Assembly: GCA_043754515.1 (NCBI GenBank)
Contig: JAYUUO010000272.1
Location: 1-23,629, forward strand
DNA length: 23,629 nt
Direction: 5' to 3'
DNA from: Armatimonadota bacterium
GTDB taxonomy: Bacteria; Armatimonadota; Armatimonadia; Armatimonadales; Armatimonadaceae
The notes below the pieces were generated by a model, which was not told the origin of the DNA, did no database searches, and worked only from the letters and a program-made list of their open reading frames with translations. Within the stretch, counting starts at the first letter, position 1; each line of letters opens with the position of its first letter. Shown one piece after another: positions 1-6,688 of this stretch. A program made the translations under genes and the position numbers.

Positions 1-478
1 CCTCGCGAACGCTCTCGTCGCGCGACTCTTCCTCAATGCGTTGCGTCTCGCTGATCGCCTTGCTCAGGAGCGCGCGTAGTTCGTCGGTCAGAAGTTGAAG
101 TTGGGTATCTGTGTTCGACTGTTTTTCCAGCAGGCGGGTTAGTTCGAGATCCAGCGACGTCTTCACGGCGGCGACTCGCGCGTCCGCCTTCTGCTCCGCG
201 AGTGCCTCCACTTGATCCGACGGTCGTGCCTCGGGCCACATGTGCTGGCGGATGTCGCTGTAAGTCTCCTTCACCATCGAGAACGTGTCGGAATAAAGCT
301 TGTCGAAGAGCTGTTCGAGTCGCTTAACGCTCGCCTCAATGTTGCGCGCGGCCTCCTGACTGCGTTCAGCGGCACTGGTGGACCAGCGGTACAGCACGAG
401 AGAAAGCACGATAGCGAATACGCCCAGAAACAGCGACATGACGGAGCTGACAATCGAGATGAGGTTGAGGGTAGTCAT
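1..478 (-). CDS. Hypothetical membrane-anchored helical/coiled-coil protein (partial, 3' end outside window)
   Basis: Read by hand; absent from the ORF track because no stop lies in the window. ATG at 478, open for 159 codons: MTTLNLISIVSSVMSLFLGVFAIVLSLVLYRWSTSAAERSQEAARNIEASVKRLEQLFDKLYSDTFSMVKETYSDIRQHMW... N-terminal hydrophobic helix, then amphipathic helices. TATACT lies 7 nt upstream of the ATG. Confidence 0.75.
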   Translation of the reverse strand, partial: MTTLNLISIVSSVMSLFLGVFAIVLSLVLYRWSTSAAERSQEAARNIEASVKRLEQLFDKLYSDTFSMVKETYSDIRQHMWPEARPSDQVEALAEQKADARVAAVKTSLDLELTRLLEKQSNTDTQLQLLTDELRALLSKAISETQRIEEESRDESVRE

Positions 479-516
479 TGCCGGTAGTATACACGCTACG
501 GCGACCGGTCGGCATG

Positions 517-556
517 CGAAAACGCGCCCTCGGACGAGTCTGTCCGGGGGCGCGTT
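517..556 (-). terminator. Intrinsic terminator-like hairpin downstream of the displaced tRNA 3' fragment
   Basis: Minus strand AACGCGCCCCCGGAC-AGACTC-GTCCGAGGGCGCGTT-TTCG: 15-bp stem with one mismatch, ending in a short T run. Confidence 0.65.
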
Positions 557-563
557 CGTGATA

Positions 564-610
564 TAGGTAGTACGGGATTTGAACCCATGACCTCTTCCGT
601 GTCAAGGAAG
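564..610 (-). repeat. att site: displaced 3' fragment of tRNA-Val (anticodon arm to discriminator)
   Basis: 42/47 identical to 8460-8506. Perfect 23-bp core TGACCTCTTCCGTGTCAAGGAAG at 588-610 and 8484-8506. Confidence 0.93.
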
Positions 611-926
611 GGCGCGGATTCCCTCTCAAAACCGCCCGTTTACTCTCGAAACAGACCCGCCCGGGCCGGGTTAAAACGTGAAAGGAAGCGGAGTTTTCCC
701 GCCCCCGTAAATGCGATTTATCGCGGGGGGAGATAAGCGCGTCTCGCCTCCCCCGTGGTCATCCCTCCCTGATGTGAAAAATCAGAATACCTACTTTCAC
801 TTACCCCCAAAACCGGCGAAACTTCCCGCCGGTCCGATGCCCCTTGAGAGTCGGTCGGCTCCGGTGGCCGTGACGAAGGAAGGTCGCGCGGCGTCTTCTG
901 ATTTGCCTGTTACGTTCTTCCGGGTG

Positions 927-1184
927 TCATTTAAGCCCATGCCGTGCCTGTTCTATGAGTTGCGCGAAAGCCACGTCGCCGGGTATCGTCTCGCCCCGCG
1001 CTTCAGCTTCCAGCCCGCGCCCTACCGCCTGTATGTCGGCTTCCTCGGCTTCGGCGAACGCCGCCTAGCGTGTGGCTTCGGCGGCGGCTAGCGCGACGGC
1101 GAAGAGGCGTTGCCGCTCTTCGGGCGTGAAGGCGAGCGCGGCGCGGTAGTCCGTTTCGGGCAGTTCGATCGCTAAGGCTTGCAT
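927..1184 (-). pseudogene. Antitoxin-like small protein interrupted by one in-frame TAG (1065-1067)
   Basis: AAGGA RBS, ATG at 1184. Reads MQALAIELPETDYRAALAFTPEERQRLFAVALAAAEATR*AAFAEAEEADIQAVGRGLEAEARGETIPGDVAFAQLIEQARHGLK*. The C-terminal 'GRGLEAEARGETIPGDVAFAQL' resembles ParD/RelB-type antitoxin tails. Confidence 0.55.
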
Positions 1185-1218
1185 GGTTTATTCGTCCTTC
1201 TTTCCTTCTTCCCCGCGT

Positions 1219-1623
1219 TCACGCCCCGATCTCCTTCAGGACGCGCCGACGCACAATGACGCCGCCCTCCGTCTCGATCCTGACGTACTCCGAGTCGGTG
1301 ACGCGCCGCTCGATCTGGCCCGAGAGGCGTTCCACGAGCAGGGCGGCGGTCGCCCCGGTCCGGACGGTTTCGCGGCGGATCTTCCCGCGCAGGCGGACGC
1401 GCTTCTTCGAGCGGGTTTTCGCGGCGAAGGTGCCCGTTGCCTTCTTGGCGAGTTTGTGCGCACGGTACTTGGCGGTGTCGAGCCATTCGGCGACGGCGGC
1501 CAGGGCGTCGTCCGCGCCGGTCTGTGTGCCCGTGATCGCGACGAGGCGGTCGCGGAGTCCGTCGGCGTCGAGTCCGTAGCGGTCGCGCGACGTGGTGATC
1601 ACCCTGGGCGGGGTGCTAGTCAC
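1219..1623 (-). CDS. Hypothetical basic protein (134 aa)
   Basis: GTG start overlaps the upstream stop (GTGA at 1620-1623), indicating translational coupling. Lys/Arg-rich centre. Confidence 0.65.
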   Translation of the reverse strand: MTSTPPRVITTSRDRYGLDADGLRDRLVAITGTQTGADDALAAVAEWLDTAKYRAHKLAKKATGTFAAKTRSKKRVRLRGKIRRETVRTGATAALLVERLSGQIERRVTDSEYVRIETEGGVIVRRRVLKEIGA

Positions 1624-2096
1624 TCGTGCAGACTCCTGGCCCCGTGGACTTCGGTACGCACCCGCATGACGATTTTCGCTAGAGTTGAAGCCAGGTCGGT
1701 ACCGCGCGATTCGCTAGCCGTGGTCGGTATCGAGTCCGGGAGCGTTCTCCCTCGCGAGAAATCTACCTTCTCGGCTATGGCAAGCGTGTTCTCCAGTGCG
1801 ATTAGCAACTCGCGCGTGTCGGGCGTGGAGAGGTCGGTCAGGGACAGCGGGACGGACGCCTTGAACGGCACCGCTGGTGGGACCGCGTGGAGTTCCGACG
1901 ATACCTGCCGCAACGCCTCCTGCGTGCCCAGGAGCGTCCCGAGGCGCGAACGGTCAGCCGCCGCGAGTTCGAGCCGGGCGCGTCCGATGGCGAGCATGGC
2001 GTTCTGCACGGCGTCGCGCCACTTCACCAGGTCGGCGGGCGTCACGCTCCTTGATGGCAACGGTGAATGTTGCGCTGGTGATACGTCGCCTGTCAT
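1620..2096 (-). CDS. Hypothetical helical protein (158 aa)
   Basis: ATGA overlap with the RHH gene stop (2093-2096) and GTGA overlap with the next gene. Confidence 0.65.
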   Translation of the reverse strand: MTGDVSPAQHSPLPSRSVTPADLVKWRDAVQNAMLAIGRARLELAAADRSRLGTLLGTQEALRQVSSELHAVPPAVPFKASVPLSLTDLSTPDTRELLIALENTLAIAEKVDFSRGRTLPDSIPTTASESRGTDLASTLAKIVMRVRTEVHGARSLHE

Positions 2097-2314
2097 GCCA
2101 CCGCCATTCCCACGCGGGATGAATCCGCCGCTCCGCTCCGCTCCCCGTCGAACGCGGGGATGCCGGCGCGTTCCGCTTTCTCACGGATGGCAAGTTCCAC
2201 CACCGCCGTTTCGTTCACGCCGAAACGCTCGGCCAATTCCGCGAGCAATTCTTTGCCCCGCTCTGACATCCGGAAGCACTTCTGCGCCGGTCTCGCCTTG
2301 CTTGTTTCGTTCAT
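2093..2314 (-). CDS. Ribbon-helix-helix (CopG/Arc-like) DNA-binding protein
   Basis: Beta-alpha-alpha pattern 'QKCFRMSERGKELLAELAERFGVNETAVVELAIRE'. First gene after a near-consensus promoter. Confidence 0.8.
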   Translation of the reverse strand: MNETSKARPAQKCFRMSERGKELLAELAERFGVNETAVVELAIREKAERAGIPAFDGERSGAADSSRVGMAVA

Positions 2315-2340
2315 AGTTTACAATCATGCTCCCTCACGTT

Positions 2341-2424
2341 CGGTTATATATGGTTATACAGTGTACAAAAAAGTTTGTCAATAATCTTTCAAAACACTTG
2401 TTTTGGTTATACATTGGTTGTACG
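2341..2424. repeat. Four YGGTTRTAYR boxes in two tandem pairs (putative operators)
   Basis: CGGTTATATA at 2341, TGGTTATACA at 2351, TGGTTATACA at 2404, TGGTTGTACG at 2415. Confidence 0.6.
2353..2381 (-). promoter_or_regulatory. Sigma70-type promoter for the RHH operon
   Basis: Minus strand TTGACA (2381-2376) - 17 nt - TATAAC (2358-2353), in an AT-rich gap between divergent genes. Confidence 0.8.
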
Positions 2425-2497
2425 ACGAGTACATCAGCAGGGAACGCAGTCGCAGGTACTGCGACTTTGCGAGACAAGAACGAAGGAACCCGAACCG

Positions 2498-2776
2498 ATG
2501 ACCATGATGCTCAAGACCCGAATCTCCGCTATCCGCGACCGCGCAACCGCGCGAGCCGCCGACTACACGATCACCAACACCGACGCCGCTTATCTTAGCC
2601 GCTGGTACATCGTCGCTCACAACACGGACGCGGACCGGGTGTATAAGGTTGTCTCCTTCATGAAGACATGCGACTGCGAAGCGTTCGAGAAGGAAGGGTA
2701 CTGCAAGCATTATGCGATGGTGCAAGAGCGGCGGCACGAAGAGGAGACCGTCGCCGACTACGAAGACCTGATGTAA
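2498..2776 (+). CDS. Small SWIM zinc-finger protein (92 aa)
   Basis: CDC-x7-CKH (TCDCEAFEKEGYCKH) preceded by beta strands. ATG at 2498 has an AAGGAA RBS; the track's start at 2375 lies in the promoter region. Confidence 0.8.
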   Translation: MTMMLKTRISAIRDRATARAADYTITNTDAAYLSRWYIVAHNTDADRVYKVVSFMKTCDCEAFEKEGYCKHYAMVQERRHEEETVADYEDLM

Positions 2777-2929
2777 GCCCGGTATGACGAAGGGTACGCC
2801 CGAATCTAGACGGCCAAGCCGGGGGAGTCGGACAGTTTCGCCGCGAGGAAAAATCGCCGCGATTTGTTCCGACTTCCTGACTAACCCGGCGATTAATCGC
2901 TATTAACGCAAGACAAGAAAGAAAAGACA

Positions 2930-3493
2930 ATGCAAACGACGAACCAACCGACCCCGAAAGACGCGATCGACGCGCCGATCACCGAAGCCGACACCGCCGC
3001 GTTCATCAAGGAACACTTCGCGATCTCCGACGAAAGAGCGGCGAACTGGCACCTCGCGAAACTCGCCGGCATCCGGTCGGAGCAGGCCCGCGTAACCGCA
3101 CAGGCGAAGCGACGCGCCGAAGAACTCGACGCCGATTACGCCCGCCTCTTCTACCTCTACGGCGGGCAGCTAGAGGAGTTCGCCCGCGCCGAAGCGACCG
3201 CCCGCCGCCGCAAGACGATCACGCTCTTGCAAGGCACCCTGACCCTGCGCGCGGTCCCCGCCCGACTGACGATCTCCGACGTTGACGCCGCGACCGCGAC
3301 CGCCCGCGCGGTCTGCCCCGACGCCCTTGTCACGGAGACGATCACGCGCCTTGACCGCGCCGCCCTGATGCAAGCCGCCCGCGCGGAGATGGAAACGACG
3401 GGGGCGATACTGCCGGGCTTTGAACTGACGGCGGCATCCGAATCGTTCGCGGTCAATTTCCCCGGTGAGAAGGACGGCAGAGACGCCAAATAA
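2930..3493 (+). CDS. gam: Host-nuclease inhibitor, Mu Gam-like family
   Basis: 'ISDERAANWHLAKL' N-terminus, long coiled coil, 'RKTITLLQGTLTLR', 'LDRAAL' and C-terminal 'TGAILPGFELT...ESFAV' match the Mu Gam/Gp157-like pattern. Confidence 0.8.
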   Translation: MQTTNQPTPKDAIDAPITEADTAAFIKEHFAISDERAANWHLAKLAGIRSEQARVTAQAKRRAEELDADYARLFYLYGGQLEEFARAEATARRRKTITLLQGTLTLRAVPARLTISDVDAATATARAVCPDALVTETITRLDRAALMQAARAEMETTGAILPGFELTAASESFAVNFPGEKDGRDAK

Positions 3494-3579
3494 AAGCGAC
3501 GGGGTAGCGCGTGTGAATAATCATAGCCAAAGCCCCGGTAGAGGGCGCGACGGGTTTCTCGTGCGATGAGGCACCAACA

Positions 3580-3627
3580 GCGGGCGAGCGGCGGGGAGGT
3601 GAAGTCTCCCCGCCGTTCTCAGCCCGC
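3580..3627. other. Strong intergenic stem-loop
   Basis: GCGGGC-GAG-CGGCGGGGAG / CTCCCCGCCG-TTCTCA-GCCCGC around a 7-nt loop. No T tract. Confidence 0.55.
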
Positions 3628-3764
3628 ACCGATGACGAAGGGATACTGACACCGATGCGAACCATCAAGAAGAATAACACGCCGCGACCCAGAACGGCCC
3701 CGGAACAAACGCCGCGTTTTCCCCGAAGATTGCGCCGCCCGCGACAAACGTTTCGTTTTCACCC

Positions 3765-4091
3765 GTGGCCGCGGTCACGCTCGCCGCCCTGGACTGGGGG
3801 TTCGAGGAAGACCTGACGTACACGGAAGGGGCGTTGATCGAAACCCTGCGCCGCGTCCGCCGCGTGGAGACCGACCCCGACGCCCGCGCCGAATGGCTCG
3901 CCTGGGACGAGCTGCGCTTCGTCGCCGGTCTGGACGGGCCCGCCCGCGCACGCTACTGCGCGGACGGCCCCGATTGCAAGGAGCTGCTCAGCGTAGCCGC
4001 CCACGCCGCCGCCGAATACGTCGCGGCGCGGTTCCACATCGCCATGAGCGCGACCGACGAAGAAATCAAGAACACCGAAGGAGCCAGTTAG
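3765..4091 (+). CDS. Hypothetical protein (start uncertain; 5' end possibly frameshifted from ATG 3655)
   Basis: High-GC3 codon pattern. The frame is open back to TAA at 3675. An RBS+ATG at 3655 is out of frame. Confidence 0.6.
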   Translation: MAAVTLAALDWGFEEDLTYTEGALIETLRRVRRVETDPDARAEWLAWDELRFVAGLDGPARARYCADGPDCKELLSVAAHAAAEYVAARFHIAMSATDEEIKNTEGAS

Positions 4092-4095
4092 ACAG

Positions 4096-4473
4096 ATGAA
4101 AGCCAAAACCATGACACCCGGAACAAACGCCGCGTTTTTCCCCGAAACCACGCCGCGACAAGCCCGATGGGAGCCTAGCCGCTTCCCGTGCGGGTACGAC
4201 ATCGAACTCAGCGAGGGGGAAGCCGCCGCGATAGAACTGCTCTGCAAATGGCAGCGCGCCGAGACCGACGCCTCCCGCCGCGCCGACCTGGACGCCAAAA
4301 GCGGACTCGATTACCTGTGCGGGGTCACCGACGCGCAAGCGGACGACTTCCTGGAAGGGATGCCCGAACCGCTCGCCCTGTCCGCGAAAGCCGCGGTCGC
4401 CGCCTGCCGCGCGTTCCTGCCCGCCTACCGCGATCACCTGCTCAGCCGGGGCGGGGGGCGGTACGAGGGCTAA
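4096..4473 (+). CDS. Hypothetical protein (125 aa)
   Basis: GAAGGAG RBS upstream, typical codon usage, 4 nt after the previous stop. Confidence 0.7.
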   Translation: MKAKTMTPGTNAAFFPETTPRQARWEPSRFPCGYDIELSEGEAAAIELLCKWQRAETDASRRADLDAKSGLDYLCGVTDAQADDFLEGMPEPLALSAKAAVAACRAFLPAYRDHLLSRGGGRYEG

Positions 4474-4646
4474 GACCGGCGAGCAGGCCGGCACGGAGCT
4501 GCAACCGCCCCGGTTGTCAGAGGACGCCCCCATTATTCCGCGCGGGATACGAGAAAACGCTCGCGTTTCTCTCAACGGGGGCAGAAAACGAAAGAAAGAA
4601 GGGCATGGTGGGCATGTATTTGCCCGCCACAACAAGAAGGGAAAAC

Positions 4647-5123
4647 ATGAACAGAGCGATAACCGTAGACGCGGACGAATTGCGCTCGCTAGCCATGGCG
4701 CGGAGCGTACCCATAGTACCCGAACACGGGCTTTACATCAGCGACGCCGACCACGACCCGCGCCACAATCGCCACACACGAACGCAAGTAGCGAAACCGA
4801 ACAGGAACCCGGTCGCTAGGATACTACGGTCGCCCTCGCGTTTGGGACAAACGCGATACCCGGCGAATGTAGCAAAGCGAGCCGGGCGCGTATTCCGCGA
4901 AGAATACGCCCCGGCTCTTGGGCGCGAACTTCCGCGAACTCGCGGGGGTGTTACAACCGCCGCTTCCGCGCAACCATACCCGCGACGCCTGCCCCGCCCA
5001 AAACGAACATGGCGAAACTTGCAGGCTCTGGGACAACCACCGCCGTATAGGTTATCGAGGCACTGCCGTTGTTCGCCGGGCCGGTTGTTGCTCCATTCGT
5101 TGCACCACCCTGAACATTGGTGA
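4647..5123 (+). CDS. Possible hypothetical protein or remnant; only the 5' part looks coding
   Basis: AAGAAGGG RBS plus ATG at 4647 (MNRAITVDADELRSLAMARSVPIVPEHGLYISD...). The 3' part runs through a hairpin and antisense into the PEP-CTERM gene. Confidence 0.3.
   Translation: MNRAITVDADELRSLAMARSVPIVPEHGLYISDADHDPRHNRHTRTQVAKPNRNPVARILRSPSRLGQTRYPANVAKRAGRVFREEYAPALGRELPRTRGGVTTAASAQPYPRRLPRPKRTWRNLQALGQPPPYRLSRHCRCSPGRLLLHSLHHPEHW
4879..4917. terminator. Hairpin between convergent transcription units
   Basis: GAGCCGGGCGCGTATTC-CGCGAA-GAATACGCCCCGGCTC: 16-bp stem with a 1-nt bulge, 33 nt past the PEP-CTERM stop. T tracts are weak. Confidence 0.5.
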
Positions 5124-5883
5124 GGAGAAGAACGCTGATACCGCTTATAGGCACACTGGACGAAAACGAGGAACCGCCGCCGCCCGCGCCGACAGCACCG
5201 CTTGCGACACCGCCGCCCCCGCCGCCAAAGAAGCCGCCGCCCCCGCCGCCCGCGCCGATGAGGGAAGTTCCCGCTCCTCCCTGAAGAGAGGAACCCGGCC
5301 CGCCGGGATTATTCCCGCCATTAGTTATACCGCCGGTTCCCCCTGCCGATTAACTGCCTCCCCCACCGCTCACCGAGCCGCCACTGCCCGTCGCGCCGCT
5401 TGTGCCGCCGCCCGCCCCGCCGTCGAAGAGGTTACCCCCCCCGCCGCCGCCGCCGGCAAGCGCGAGCAAGTTGCCGGTCGTCACGGCTCCGGTTCCGAAG
5501 GAAATGGCGGAGTATTCGCCGCCCCGGTCGCCCGCAGTTAAGGAACTGCCGCCGCTGTTGTTGCTGAGAGTGTTTCTGCCGCCCGCCCCGACAATCACGC
5601 TCAAAGTCGTGCCTGCCGTCAGGTTACTCAGCGTCGCCGTCAGAGAACCACCGCTACCGCCCGCCCCATTGACGGACTGGATGCCGCCGCCGCCGCCGAA
5701 CAGAGAAATATTAAGCGAAGTGACACCGACAGGAACCACGAACGTGCTCATCCCAACGGTAAAGTTTTGGGTGGTCCGGGCACGCGCAGCAGGGGCAGCA
5801 AGCATGGCGGTCAGTGCGGCAACGCAAAGCGTTCGCACAAACTTCGTATGTGCTGTTGCGGCGCGGAAGGGGAAACGAATCAT
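4951..5883 (-). pseudogene. Glycine-rich PEP-CTERM surface protein with a single internal TAA (5350-5352)
   Basis: Track ORFs 5350..5883 and 4951..5154 share a frame. The gap translates without another stop (SAGGTGGITNGGNNPGGPGSSLQGGAG...GGGGGFFGGGGGG...GGGGSSF). Signal peptide at the N-terminus; VPEPAS + TM helix + RKRR at the C-terminus. Confidence 0.88.
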
Positions 5884-6052
5884 ATGTAACCTGCTTTCAG
5901 CCGCGCCGTTGAAATGGAAACACGACTCGAAGCATCACGGCGACGAGAAGGTTCATTGCGCTTCAGGCGCAATGAACGGGGACAGGCGGCGACGTGGGTA
6001 CGTTCCGCATCGCCGCTCGCTTTTCCTGCGTGTTGAACCCCGCTCTCTGGTT

Positions 6053-6688
6053 ATGCCGCCCGACGTGCCGCCGCTCGCCGCCGACTTCCGCCACGTCTTC
6101 GCCCGCGTGCCGGACGAACACAAGGCGAGGATCACCGCACACTGGGAGGCGAACCGGATCTTCCCGCTCACGCCGCTCATCCGGCACGCGGGCGATGACG
6201 GCGAAGATCCCGCCGATCCGCCGCCTTCTTCCCCGCCTCCGTGTTGTGCCTGCGTGAAGCTAGGGGGCACGGCGATGGAGTTCTTCGCGCGGACTCTCGC
6301 GCTGACCGAAGTCGAACGGCACTACGTGATCGCCCACGAACTGGGGCACGTCTACAACCGCGCGGCGGGGGTAGTGTATGACCCCGGAAGCGAAGAAGGA
6401 GAGGTTTACGACGAGAGCCGGGCGCACGACTTCGCGTGTTCCATCGGGTTCGACACCGAAAAATACTACGACTACGCGATGTGCGACTTAACGACTTTCA
6501 CCCCGCCTTTGAGCATGTCGCCTTCCGTGAGAATCTCCCAGTCTACCGGCTTGTCCCCCGACACATCGGGCCGAAACAAGTTATCCCCCGACACCACGAA
6601 ACTACGCACAACGACACCGGATGCGGGTCGGCCCTCGATAACAGCTAGGAGCTGGGACGTCTGGCGTACACCATCCCGTATCCGGTGA
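6053..6688 (+). CDS. Zincin metallopeptidase-like protein, ImmA/IrrE-like (start uncertain: 5972 or 6053)
   Basis: 'ERHYVIAHELGH' (HExxH at 6335-6349) followed by 'ESRAHDFA', the E-x2-A-x2-FA third-ligand pattern. Confidence 0.65.
   Translation: MPPDVPPLAADFRHVFARVPDEHKARITAHWEANRIFPLTPLIRHAGDDGEDPADPPPSSPPPCCACVKLGGTAMEFFARTLALTEVERHYVIAHELGHVYNRAAGVVYDPGSEEGEVYDESRAHDFACSIGFDTEKYYDYAMCDLTTFTPPLSMSPSVRISQSTGLSPDTSGRNKLSPDTTKLRTTTPDAGRPSITARSWDVWRTPSRIR

Noticed and set aside
366..629. ORFs crossing the att fragment (and 8194..8541 crossing the tRNA)
   Set aside because: They are translations of tRNA sequence.
621..660. CTCTCAAAAC / CTCTCGAAAC repeat near the att site as integrase arm sites
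   Set aside because: Too short, and I found no convincing matching copies at the other end.
1183..2316. 377-aa + strand ORF
   Set aside because: Antisense to three translationally coupled minus-strand genes; no motifs.
2784..2806. Hammerhead ribozyme core
   Set aside because: Deviates from CUGAnGA...GAAA (reads AUGACGA-A...GAAU), and I found no stem III or cleavage triplet.
927..5883. Stop-codon recoding as the explanation for the internal stops
   Set aside because: The two internal stops differ (TAG and TAA), and both codons serve as normal terminators in the respiratory operon.
5402..5971. N-terminal Pro-rich part of the 428-aa + strand ORF
   Set aside because: It is the antisense shadow of the Gly-rich PEP-CTERM gene; only the HExxH-containing 3' part looks real.
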